Origin: Mesoplasma florum L1
GTDB lineage: Bacteria; Bacillota_I; Bacilli_A; Mycoplasmatales; Mycoplasmataceae
Direction of reading: 5' to 3'
NCBI RefSeq assembly: GCF_000008305.1
Contig: NC_006055.1
Coordinates: 60,001-92,000, forward strand
DNA: 32,000 bases
This document shows positions 21,165 through 32,000 of this stretch, in pieces (positions within the stretch are counted from its first letter, which is position 1; each line of letters starts with the position of its first letter). The translations under genes were made by a program, and so were the position numbers. The notes beneath the pieces are model-generated. The model saw only the letters and a program-made list of their open reading frames with translations, made no database searches and was not told where the DNA came from.

Positions 21165-22763
21165 ATGTGACAACAATACCAAGATTTTTATAGATGAATA
21201 AATATATCTAATAAAACACCTGAAGACATGCGTCTTCTTTTTGGTCTTGTCCCAGCATATCCGGTATTCATGTTTTTAGGAATTTGTTTAGTCATATTAG
21301 TAACTGTAATACAAATGAATAAAAGAAAAATACCCTTAAGAGAATTAGAAATTGGTATCGTCATAGTTGTACCAATCGGTATAATTGGTGGAACTTTTTT
21401 CGGGAAAATATTTTTAAATAATTATCAGAGTTGATCAAATTTTTATAAGGTATTTTTCTTTTGACAACCAGGTATGTCATTTTTTGGCGCATTAGCGCTT
21501 GGATCTGCAGCAGGTTTTGGTTGATTTTATAAAAGAAGTAAAACAACTCAAATTTCAATGTGAGTTTATTTGGATTTGATATTAGTAAATATTCTTTTAG
21601 GTCACGCATTGGGTAGATGAGGAAACTTATATAACCAAGAAATCTTAGGTAATCCAGTAAGTTATGAAAGTATTTCTTGGATGCCTAGTTTTATTAAAAA
21701 TAGATTATTTTATTTTCCGCCATTAATAAACTTTACAAATGTTGCTGATGGAAGAAGCTTATACTCAGACCCAACTTGATGAGTTAGAATATTCGATTCT
21801 ACAGGACAACTAAACACAGCATATACTGATAACTTTACATACAATGGTCAGACATTAACTCAAGTTATGCTTGGTGAAATACAATATAGATCTCCATTAT
21901 TTTTAATTGAAGGTTTAGGTAATATAGTTTTATGAATGTTAATAACATTTGGTGTTAGAAACATCAATAGATTCTCAAACAAAGGAAATAATCCATGAAA
22001 ACTTTGTCCTGAAGCTTATCCATGCTTATGAAATCCAAAATTTAAAACGATATCAGAAGAAAAGTTAAAGGACTGATATACTTTAGCTCCAGTTAAATAT
22101 AGAAAAGTTAAAGTAAAAACTGAGAATGGTGAAACATTAGAATTAACAATGAGTTTAAGAAGTGTTTGGAATAAAGCATATTATTGAGTTGAACCAGATT
22201 ATGATGCTAACAAGAAATTGTATGCTGAAATTGAAGAATGAAAAAATGATTTATATAAAACTACTCTTAAATATCAAAATGATAAAAAACAATTAAAAGT
22301 TAAATTAGAAAAAATGAAATTAGAGTTTAATAAAAAGTATAAATTTACAAAACAAAGTTTACAAAATCAGTTAAAAGAAGACTATAAAAAGAACATAATT
22401 ATAGAAAAAGAAAAACTAGCAGAAAAAAAAGCAGAGATAACTAAAAATTTTACATTTGGTGAAAGATATTTAGGATTTAATCCATATGGAAAAGAATTAG
22501 AAAAAGCCAATAACCCTAATAATTTTATTGTTGCAAGAAGTGGAATAGCTTCTGGTAGTTACATATTGGGTTATGGTATACTAAGAACAATATTAGAAAC
22601 TCAAAGACAAGCTACAGAATATATGATTCCAAATCATGTGGTTGCCAATTTTTTAGTCTTAAGTTTAATAATATTAACAGGAATATTTATTATTTTTATG
22701 GCGCAATTTGTAATTCCATATAAATGAAGAGAAATAGGGTGATTATATGAAAAAACATATTAA
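21165..22763 (+). CDS. lgt: Prolipoprotein diacylglyceryl transferase family, paralog 1 (532 aa, K/E-rich internal insertion, catalytic His apparently replaced)
   Basis: Open frame through many TGA codons. [59 protein letters not shown]. Ends TAA 22761-22763, overlapping the trxB start by 17 nt. Confidence 0.88.
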
Positions 22764-23682
22764 TGAAAATTTAAAAGATATTTTAATCATTGGTGGTGGA
22801 CCTGCAGGTTTGACTGCTGGGGTTTACGCAGCAAGAGCTGGAATGAAAACAATCATTTTAGAAAAAGAAGCACCAGGTGGGAAAATGGTTAAAACTGACA
22901 CAATTGAAAACTACCCAGGCTTTGATAGTATAAAAGGACCAGACCTTGCATTAAAAATGTACATGCAAGTAATGAATCTTGGAGCTGAATTTGTATATGA
23001 TGAAGTTATTAAAATTGAAAAAATGGACAATTATTTTATTGTAACTACTTTAAACGGGCAAATAATTGAAGCTTTAAGTGTTATTGTTGCAACAGGTACG
23101 TTAGAAAATAAATTAGGTATACCAGGTGAAGATAATCTTTATGGAAAAGGTGTTAGTTATTGTGCTGTTTGTGATGGAGCATTCCATAAAGGAAATCCCG
23201 TTGCCATAGTTGGTGGAGGATACTCAGCTGTAGAAGAGGGCATATACTTAAGTAAATTTGTAAGTAAGTTATATGTTGTTGTAAGAAAAGATCATTTTAG
23301 AGTAGACCCTGTAACTTTATCTAAATTAGAACAACTTGAAAATGTTGAATTTCTAATGAATTCTGTTGTTAAAAAAGTTAATGGTATTGATAAAGTAGAA
23401 TCTGTTGAAATTGAAAATGTTATTACAAAAGAAATTAAAACTGTACCTGTTACTGGTTTATTTCCATATATAGGAGCAACTCCGGTAACTGAATTTTTAG
23501 AAAATCTTAATTTAGATAAAAATGAAGGTTACTTAACCGGAGACGCTAAATTAAAATCTAATATTAAAGGTTTATTCATAGCAGGAGATGTTAGGGATGT
23601 TCCTTTAAGACAAATAGCTATTGCTGCAGGAGATGGAGCATTAGCAGGCCAAATGGCAGTTAATTACGTACAAGAACTATAA
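22747..23682 (+). CDS. trxB: Thioredoxin-disulfide reductase
   Basis: [59 protein letters not shown] (redox CAVC), [27 protein letters not shown]. Confidence 0.98.
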   Translation: MKKHINENLKDILIIGGGPAGLTAGVYAARAGMKTIILEKEAPGGKMVKTDTIENYPGFDSIKGPDLALKMYMQVMNLGAEFVYDEVIKIEKMDNYFIVTTLNGQIIEALSVIVATGTLENKLGIPGEDNLYGKGVSYCAVCDGAFHKGNPVAIVGGGYSAVEEGIYLSKFVSKLYVVVRKDHFRVDPVTLSKLEQLENVEFLMNSVVKKVNGIDKVESVEIENVITKEIKTVPVTGLFPYIGATPVTEFLENLNLDKNEGYLTGDAKLKSNIKGLFIAGDVRDVPLRQIAIAAGDGALAGQMAVNYVQEL

Positions 23683-23710
23683 AGATATTTAAATGTAGAA
23701 AGGTGATCAT

Positions 23711-25105
23711 ATGAATATAAAAGATTTTAAGATAAATAAAATTTCGTTTGATTTTAAACGTGACAAATTAAAGTGAATTTCAATAGGATTATGAGCATCA
23801 CTTTTTATTGTTGTAATAGTTCTTTTTTCAGTTTTTTGAGCAACAAAAAACGTTAATTGAACGCAAGGTGACAGTTTTTCTGAACCTGTGCATTGAGGAG
23901 GAGTAGAAGCAACATATGGTGGTATAGGAATATACCCAATGGCTATGACTCTTGGTATGATTGTTGCTATATTATTCACATTGTATAAATTTTGAAAAAA
24001 AGGTTTAAATGTGACTGAGCTTTCAATTGGTATTGCAATTTGTATACCCATTTCACTTATGGGTGCTAGTTTTTTTGGTAAATTAAATGCTGATTCACCC
24101 GGAGTTAATGCTAATGGAGTTGGCTTTTGAGGTTTATTTGCTTTCTGAAATGCTGGTATGGCAATTCATGGTGGAGTTTATGGAGGATTACTTGCAGGAT
24201 TAATACTTTTCTATTTTGTTGGAAGAAAATCAAAAACTTCTATGTTAGTTTATGCAGATGCAATAGTACCAAATATTCTTTTAGGTCAAGCAATTGGAAG
24301 ATGAGGTAACTTTTTTAACCATGAAGTTATGGGCGCTCCTGTAGGAGTTGTAGCTAAATCAGGAACATGGGGAACTTTGTCTAATGTTAAGTGGGAAGAA
24401 GTCGGAAGTCATTATAAATTTTTACCAGATTGAATATCAAGAAATTTAATGGTTCAAGCTAAAACCGATGGAACCCTTTCAAATGGAGTTTCATTTAATC
24501 AAGGTGATTTAGTTCAATTATCTCCAATATTCCTTTATGAATCTTTAAGTTTATTAGCAGCTTGAGTAATAATTACTTTTATTATTCCTAATATAACTAA
24601 ATGAATAAGTAAAAAACCTTGAAAAGTTGAAACAGGTAAATATAATTACAGCTTGTCATTTTCAATTAAACAATGATTTATGCCTTGACAAAAATCAAGT
24701 GATCAAATTCAATCAGCTAGAGATATTTGAAACTTAGCTTATTTTAGAAATATTGATGAAGAAGCTAAACAAGAATATTTAAAAAGTTTAGAGTTGAATA
24801 GAACTAAATATTTAAAGCCTAAAGAAATAAATAAGGCAAATAAATTGAATGAATATGTTTCAACAAAAGCCGGAGTAGAATGTTTTGCATATTTCTTTGC
24901 ATGAAATTTTGTAAGATTTTTCCTAGAATTAAGTAGACCCGATGATCATTTATTTGTGATGTATGACAAACCATTATCATTATCACTGATATTAATATCT
25001 GCAATGATAGGTTTAATCGGAATGATTGCATCTCAATATTGAATACCAATATTATTCAGAAAAAATGGATACTTATACGAAAAAGAATATTTTTCAATAA
25101 ATTAA
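23711..25105 (+). CDS. lgt: Prolipoprotein diacylglyceryl transferase family, paralog 2, 464 aa (largely missing from ORF track)
   Basis: Table 4: FWNAGMAIHGGVYGGLLAGLILFYFVGRKSKTSMLVYADAIVPNILLGQAIGRWGNFFNHEVMGAPVG...LSPIFLYESLSLLAAW...YFFAWNFVRFFLELSRPDDH. ATG follows AGGTGATCAT. Confidence 0.9.
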
Positions 25106-25126
25106 AATTAAGAGGGGAGTGAAATT

Positions 25127-26080
25127 ATGTCTTTTGCATTAACAGTTAAAGAAGAAGTTATTTCACACACCTTTGATGATAATTTAGGACAGGCTTTTTT
25201 AGCAGGCTTTATTAAATATAATGGAGACTTCATTTGGGGGTCAGGAACTGAAAAATTAAAACTAACATCAATTAGCAATAAAATAGCAAGAAGTATTTTT
25301 GGTCTTTGCAAAAAAATGTTTGATGGTCATATTGAAATTTCTGTTTCTCAAACTCAAACACTTAAACAAAATAAAACTTATCAAATAACTTTGATAGGTA
25401 AGATATCAGAGTTTTTAAGAGAATTAAATATTTGAAATGAAAATAATACTAAGATAGTTGAATTTAAACCATTAAAGCAAGAAAAAAATAAAGATGAATT
25501 AATTAAATTAAAACGTGCTTATATGGCAGGAGTCTTTGTTTCTGTTGGTTCAGTTAATTCTCCAGAAACTACTAATTATCATCTTGAACTACAATTTAAA
25601 GATGAAGAATCAGCTTTATATATAATAAAATTAATGAATAAGTATGGTTTTGATTTTAAAATTCTAAAAAGAAATGACAAGTTATTTATTTGTTATATCA
25701 AAAAAGCTATTATGGTTTCAGATTTTTTGAAGTTTATTGATGCATATCAAGCAGTAATGAATTTTGAAAATGAAAGAATTATGCGTGATGTTTCAAATAA
25801 CGTAAATAGAGTTAATAATATTGATATATCAAATGAAAAGAAAACATTATCTGCTGGTCTAAAACAAATAGATCAAATAAGTAAAATTCAAGCCAATTTA
25901 GCAACAAAAAGGCTTTCTGAAAAAGCTGCTTATCTTTGTGATTTGAGAATTCAAAATCCAAATGCGTCTTATGCTGATCTAACAGAACTAATGAATGAAT
26001 TTGGCTATGAAATAACTAAATCAGGTGTAAGCAATTTGTTTAAAATAATCGAAAAACTTAGCTTAGAATTTAATAACTAA
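25127..26080 (+). CDS. whiA: DNA-binding protein/sporulation regulator homolog WhiA, 317 aa
   Basis: MSFALTVKEEVISH, LKRAYMAGVFVSVGSVNSPETTNYHLELQF, NFENERIMRDVSNNVNRVNNIDISNEKKTLSAGLKQIDQI, LSEKAAYLCDLRIQNPNASYADL. Confidence 0.96.
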
Positions 26081-26139
26081 CATTGGACAAACGGACTTTT
26101 TTAATGTTTAATTAAAATAGGAAAAAAGGCGGAAGGAAA

Positions 26140-26376
26140 ATGAAAAAATATGAAAATGAAAATGAGTTGCTTTTATTAGTAGCTTCAAATTTAAAAAGAA
26201 TTAGACAAAATAAAAAATTAAGCCAAGAAGAACTTGGTTTCAGATGTGGTATTTCAAAAAATTATGTTTCAGACTTTGAAAGAGGAAAAAGGAATATAAC
26301 AATAAAAGTCTTTCAAAAAATTGTTGAAGGTCTTGGAGTACAACCAGAAGAACTGTTAAAAACCCACTCTAAATAG
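26140..26376 (+). CDS. Small Xre/Cro-family HTH regulator, 78 aa
   Basis: VASNLKRIRQNKKLSQEELGFRCGISKNYVSDFERGKRNITIKVFQKIVEGLGVQPEELLK. AGGCGG Shine-Dalgarno upstream. Confidence 0.92.
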   Translation: MKKYENENELLLLVASNLKRIRQNKKLSQEELGFRCGISKNYVSDFERGKRNITIKVFQKIVEGLGVQPEELLKTHSK

Positions 26377-26384
26377 TGGGTTTT
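26358..26384 (+). terminator. Terminator overlapping the end of the HTH gene
   Basis: AAAACCCACT...AGTGGGTTTT stem. Confidence 0.75.
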
Positions 26385-26447
26385 ATAGTATTCAAATTTA
26401 AAATATAGTATTATTAAATATAATAAAACTGAAATGGAGATAAATTT

Positions 26448-26714
26448 ATGAGTTCAGCAACAGCACAAATTGTAATTTTAGTTATTGAAATAATTGCAAT
26501 GATAGCGTCTATTATTATGATTTTAATTGGTATATTTCAAAACAAAAACTCACAAAGTGGTTTAAGTGCATTAAATGGTGGGAATGATGAATTATTTTCA
26601 AATTCAAAAGAACGTGGTTTAGATAAAACATTATCTACATGAATGATGTCATTAGGTATTATATTCTTTATAGTTGCATTAGCAGCTTGCATATTAACAA
26701 ATATTTATCTTTAA
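26448..26714 (+). CDS. secG: Preprotein translocase subunit SecG, 88 aa
   Basis: MSSATAQIVILVIEIIAMIASIIMILIGIFQNKNSQSGLSALNGGNDELFSNSKERGLDKTLSTWMMSLGIIFFIVALAACILTNIYL*. Two TM segments and SecG-type GL/G/ELF..S.ERG loop. Confidence 0.88.
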
Positions 26715-26738
26715 TATTTTTTCTTAGAAGGAGTCAAA

Positions 26739-29700
26739 ATGAAGCTTCGATTAATTCTTAAACAATCATGAAAAGATTATAAGAACAAAAGTATTCTTTA
26801 CTTTGTTTTCATAATCTTTTTAACAATTATTTTAGGAGTTATAATTGGTATCTTGTCATTTACAACTTTTGCTGAATTGAATATGAAAGAAGCCCACCTA
26901 TCTAGATATGGTGGTCAAATATATGTAAAAAATAATCTTATTAGCAAAAACTATCTTGAAAATAATAATCATTTAACAAATAGAAGTATAGTTGACGCAG
27001 AAGGAAAACTGAATGAGTATATTTATAAAAATCTTGAAGTAACCACTAAAAAAACTCTTGGAGAAGAATATGAAGAAATCATAAACAGTTATATTGATAT
27101 TCTTGGACAATATTTTCAAGGTAATATTAAAACTTTCAAATATTCAGCATCGGGTGCTAAAGAAGATGGTTTAAAAAAACTTGGTATATCTAAATACGAC
27201 TTAAATATAATTGATCAAATAAATGAAGATTTGTATAAAAACTTGCCTTTAATTTCAGGTGAGTTATTTATGCTTTATATTTATGACAATTTAAAAGATA
27301 AATATTCTTTTTGATCTCATCCTATTGAATGACATCTTAAAGATCAATTAAATAATGATTTGACATTATCACTTAATCCAAATTACAGAGACAATTTTGT
27401 AAATGAAGAAGAATTTAATAAGTATTCTGATTTTACTGAGAATGAAGCTAGTAATTTTAAAATTTATAATGAAAAACCTACATCAGAATTTTCGTTAGAA
27501 GATAGAGAAAAAATTTATAATGGTCAATTTGTTTATGTAACGCCAAGATATCTTGAATTAAATAATTTTAAAATAGGGGACACAATAAGTATTTTCTATG
27601 AAGAAAAAATGTATCCTTTTTTAATAAAAGGTACAATAATTACACCTTATTTAACAGCAATGAATTATGACCAAGGTAAAATGACAACAGGTGTTCAAGG
27701 TTATTACTACTTGAAAGGCAAAAATAAAAAATTAAGTAACGGTGAAAAAGATCTTAGGCTTGATAGCCAAAGACTTAGTTATTCAATTTTAAACAAAGAT
27801 ATTTATGATGTAAATGCATACATAAACAATTTCATGAATGATGGTTTTAATTATTCAGATGAGCTTGATCAAAATGGAAATCTAAAAGCAAACTATTTAA
27901 GTACTCTTTGAGATGAACCATATAAGACAGATATTTACAGTGTTACTTACAAAGTTCTTTCTATGATATTATTAGTTGTTATAATAGGCCTACTTTCAGT
28001 TGTTTTTATTGTTTTCTATTTTATGTGTGAAAATTTTTCAAAATTAAATAAAGAAACTTTTTACAATTTAAAGGCTTCTGGTTGTGGAAATTTAACGTTA
28101 ACATTGATTTCTACAATATCTGCGGTTATACCAATTCTCTTGTCTTTTGTGCTTTCACTATTTATAGCTGTTCCGATTAGTCAAATGTTTTCTTTCTCTG
28201 TAGCAACATCGTATTCTTTTGTCTGACCTAGGATAATGATTACATGAAACCTTATTATTTATACTCTGTTAGTTGTTGTTGGTATATTTGGTATATTCTT
28301 GATAAATAATTATATTGTTATAAGCGGGAAAAAATCTAAGATAAATAGATTTAAAGAAACAAAGAAACCTTCAAAATTTATTATAAGCGTAAAAAAACTG
28401 ATAGCACCCTTACCAAGCAAAACAAGAATAGGGTTAACATTTGCGCTTTCTAATATAGCAAAAAATATTTATTGTTTCATAATATTATCATTGGTCTTTT
28501 CAGTAATTTTATTTACATTCCAGTTTAATACTTCTGTCAATAACTCTGCCAATTCAATGGTTAGTTTTGCTTATCCTGATGTATCCATTAAATATCAAAG
28601 TAATTCTTGAGATTTTAAAACTAATTATAGTAAAGAAAATGGTGAAATAAAAGTAACTTATGATTTTTCAACAGGGCAAATAACAGACTATAAAGATTTA
28701 GATAAACTAATTAAAGTATTTGATTATGACAGCTTAGTTGGTATGATAATAAATACATCTTTTTACCCTGAATTAGGATTGACACAAAATGATGTATCAA
28801 ATTATATGATAACTGGTGATTTTATTTGAAACTTTGCTTCATCAATTCATTCACAAAATGAACTTCAAGAAAATATACTTAATCCTTTAAAATTGGCTAT
28901 ATATTGAAACCCTTCAATAGATGCATCAATAAAAGATAAATCAATTGAATGATTATCAGACTCAAATAATGAAAATATTATTTGAGAGTATTATAAAATT
29001 TTTCAAGATAGAGTTATTAGTTTAAAAACTGATCTTGATAGTCTTAATATTGAAGAAGAAGATACATTTCCAATTAATTTACTTTTTGGAAAAACAGTGA
29101 TAATACCAGGAACAAAAAACTATTGAAGCTCAGGTGTTAAATTTTCAAATATATCAGATGGAAACACTTGAGGTTATGCAACATCTGTTGCAGCAAGTAA
29201 AAAACAAATTCAAAATAATATACAAATAGGTATGTATGATTCTACAAACTCATTAGGTGATACTATAACAACTGTAACAATGGCAAATGGTACACAGGCT
29301 GCTGCTTTAAAAGTTGATGTAGCAAAACCCTTGGCAGATAAATATGGTATGAAACCAGGTCACACTATGTTGATGAGTGTTGAATCATTAAAGACTGACG
29401 AAATATCTGAAGTTAGAATACCAATATATATATCAGGAATAAGAAAAGATGATCTTATAACAAACAATGTTTATTTTGAAAAAACAGATTACTTTAAAGT
29501 ATTAAATGAAACAATTAAAAATAGAGCTGAAGTTTTTGATAATCCTACAAACTTTCAAACTAAAAATTCTGAATGAGAAAGCTATGAAAACTTAATAGAA
29601 GAAATTATAGAAAAATCAGAATCAAATAATCCTATTGAAAATCAAATTTTGAATAATTCACAATTTTCAAAAGAAGACATACCAGTAAATTTAAGATACT

Positions 29701-30299
29701 TAACTTTACCAAAAATTTCAAATAAAGTATTAGTAAAATCAAATTCTGAGTCAAGTAGAACTGATTTACTAAGTTATTGAGATGACATAGATTCATCAAG
29801 TCAATTTTGAAATTCTAAAAATGGTAAATATCTAAATTCATTATCACAAGATGTTTGAAATTATAGATTAATAAAAGAAGCTATATTAGCAAAAGCTGCA
29901 CCATTCCAAAACATTATGAGAACACTCGATCAAGCATTAGTTGGGATGGTATTATCAATATCATTAGTTTTAATATCATTAATACTTTTTGAAAATAAAA
30001 ATACTATTATTTTATTTAAGTCATTGGGATATAAAACAAGAGAAATAAATAAATATTTAGTTACAGGTTATTTAATTGCAGCTATTGGTGCGCTTATAGT
30101 CGCATTAGTAATAAATAACTTTACAATTGGATATTTATCACCAATTATATATGAAACGGCTGGTATCTCACTAATATATGTTCTAAGTTTTTCATATGTA
30201 CTATATGGTATTATTTTGTCATCAACGTTCATATTATTAATACTAACCTCTATCAAAATATATACAAAACGACAAAATCCAAAAGAAATAATTAAATAA
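26739..30299 (+). CDS. Very large FtsX-like ABC transporter permease, 1186 aa, with two large extracytoplasmic domains
   Basis: One frame, no TAA/TAG from ATG 26739 to TAA 30299 when TGA=Trp. This joins track ORFs 26853, 27360, 27963, 28299, 29232 and 29916. AAGGAG upstream. Hydrophobic segments at N-term, about 27950-28290, about 28450-28530 and C-term (MVLSISLVLISLILFENKNTIILFKSLGYKTREINKYLVTGYLIAAIGALI). Confidence 0.85.
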
Positions 30300-30314
30300 A
30301 AAAGGAGATTGAAT

Positions 30315-31661
30315 ATGATTCAAATAAATGAAACTAAAAATACAATTAAAATAGTTGGAGTTAAAGATAACTCAAAAAATACTTTTATAAAAAATAAAGT
30401 TGGAGTACCAACTTTAATATCTGAAGATAAAACAATTTATATTGTTTTCAAAAAAGACGAAGAAACTTTTACAGAACAAATTAAAAAAGGAATAGAAGCA
30501 ACAATATCAAATTTTGATTTTGATGTAGATATTGACATTGATTCTTTTGAAAATGTTTGTGATGGAATTAGTAAAGAAGAAATTATTAAAACAGTTTATG
30601 AAACAATATCTTTTTCAACACATAAAGGTTTATCAATTGAAAAAGTAGAAAAAGAAACAAAATATAATTTAATTTTTACTGGTAAACATCAGGAATTAAT
30701 AAATCAATTAACTATTGTTTGTGAATATATCAATTATGCTAGAGATTTACAAGACACACCTCCAAATATTGGAACAAGTGAATACTATGCTGACAAACTT
30801 GTAAGTGATGCAAAAGATATAAAAGGTTTAAAGGTTACTATTTTGGGTAGAAAAGAAGCAACTAAATTAAACATGGGCTTATTTTTAGGAGTTAATGCTG
30901 GATCAGCTCATGAACCAAGAATTGTTGTGATGGAATATTGTGGAGATTCTTCAAAACCAAAAACAGGTTTAGTTGGAAAAGGAATTTGTTTTGACTCTGG
31001 GGGATATAATTTAAAACCATCAAATTATATGGAAGGTATGAAATTTGATATGTCTGGAGCAGCGGTTGTATTATCTGCAACTATGGCTTTAGCCAAAGCA
31101 AAAGCAAAAGCAAATATTGTTGCAGTAGGTATGTTCACTGATAATAAAATTGGACAGAATGCTACATTACCTGATTCTGTAATTGAATCAATGAGTGGTA
31201 AAAAAGTATTGATATTTGATACTGATGCAGAAGGTCGACTTGTTTTAGCCGATGGAATTAGTTATGTTGTTAAAGAAAAGCAAGTAGATCAAATAATTGA
31301 TGCTTCAACTTTAACAGGAACAGTTTTATTTGCTTTAGGTCATAATGCAACTGGAGCATTTTCTCATTCTGATAAAATGATAAATGAATTGAATGAAGCT
31401 TCACAAAAATCTGGTGAAAGATTTTGAAGATTACCAATTTTCAAAGAACATTTAAAACAAGTAAAAAAAGATGCTGCACCTTTAGCAGATTTAACTAATG
31501 CATGTAGAGTTAGATATGAAGATTGTTCATATGCAGCAGCCTTCTTGAATGAGTTTGCAGAAAATAAACCTTTCTTGCACTTAGATATAGCTGGTACAGC
31601 TGATAAAGAAAATAAAGGTCAAGGTGTTTTGGTTAAAACGTTATTTGAAATGTTGAAATAA
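30315..31661 (+). CDS. pepA: Leucyl aminopeptidase (M17), 448 aa
   Basis: PPNIGTSEYYADKL, GKGICFDSGGYNLKPSNYMEGMKFDMSGAAVVL, TDNKIGQNATLPDSVIESMSGKKVLIFDTDAEGRLVLADGISYV, DASTLTGT. Confidence 0.96.
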
Positions 31662-31681
31662 AGTGGAATTCCACTTTTTTC
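31661..31681 (+). terminator. Terminator after pepA
   Basis: AAGTGGAATTCCACTT palindrome followed by a T-run. Confidence 0.75.
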
Positions 31682-31752
31682 TTTTATTAAGTACTTATTG
31701 TTTTAGGTATTAAGTGCTATAATTTTTTTAAATAGAAAGATGGTATATATTT

Positions 31753-32000
31753 ATGATTACATTAAACAAAAAAAATCATGATATTAAATTAGTTGCTGTT
31801 GCTGACAACAAAGCTAATGAATTTATCAAAGACAGTGCGGGAGCAGTTACATTTATTTCAGAAGATAAAACAATTTATTTAGTTATTAAACAAAAAGGAT
31901 GTAGAGTTAAACAAATTAAAGCGGGATTAAAATCAGCTTTATCAACTTACACAAAAAATTTAAATATTGACTTAGACTCAATTATTAATCAATTAGGAGA
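31753..32000 (+). CDS. Second leucyl aminopeptidase-like gene, N-terminal part (runs off window)
   Basis: MITLNKKNHDIKLVAVADNKANEFIKDSAGAVTFISEDKTIYLVIKQKGCRVKQIKAGLKSALSTYTKNLNIDLDSII parallels the N-terminus of the preceding PepA (TLISEDKTIYIVFKK...QIKKGIEATISNFDFDVDIDIDS). Confidence 0.75.
   Translation, partial: MITLNKKNHDIKLVAVADNKANEFIKDSAGAVTFISEDKTIYLVIKQKGCRVKQIKAGLKSALSTYTKNLNIDLDSIINQLG

Noticed and set aside
23707-24051. 114-aa minus-strand ORF (MGIQIAIPIESSV...)
   Set aside because: Antisense to lgt paralog 2, whose table 4 translation contains clear Lgt motifs. Long only because the real gene's TGA codons do not break the opposite strand.
1-32000. Looked for tRNA/rRNA genes, IS elements, phage genes, toxin-antitoxin pairs and defence systems
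   Set aside because: No transposase, integrase, phage structural, Cas, nuclease-methylase or TA signature was recognised. The window is mostly core housekeeping genes. Short structured RNAs cannot be excluded without a covariance-model search.

Overview
This window is a Mollicutes chromosome segment (Entomoplasma/Mesoplasma/Spiroplasma-like by gene content and AT bias; genus not proven). It must be read with translation table 4 (UGA=Trp), because most genes in the supplied ORF track are cut into pieces at in-frame TGA codons. Rejoined, it encodes, in order: ackA (3' part), proC, an azoreductase (-), two tandem TatD-like nucleases, an unlisted 36-aa Cys-rich peptide (-), a divergent RHH-like/Cys-rich small protein, msrA (-), an HxlR-family regulator (-), a second azoreductase, an ABC-F ATPase (-), a decayed PAP2-like membrane protein (-), a 5'-3' exonuclease (-), a YigZ/IMPACT protein (-), then + strand secA, uvrB, uvrA, folC, a folT-like ECF S component, hprK, lgt-1, trxB, lgt-2, whiA, an Xre-family regulator, secG, a 1186-aa FtsX-like permease, pepA and a second pepA-like gene running off the end. 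The best candidates for something undescribed are: (1) a metallothionein-like 36-aa, 11-Cys peptide divergent from a predicted RHH + Cys-cluster protein, with a 13-bp tandem repeat and a 15-bp palindrome between them; (2) two Lgt paralogs flanking trxB, which by eye appear to have lost different catalytic residues (His in one, Tyr in the other); (3) an HxlR regulator with an N-terminal Cys, MsrA and a divergent azoreductase, with an 8-bp inverted repeat between them. No tRNA, rRNA, CRISPR array, phage or IS element was seen.
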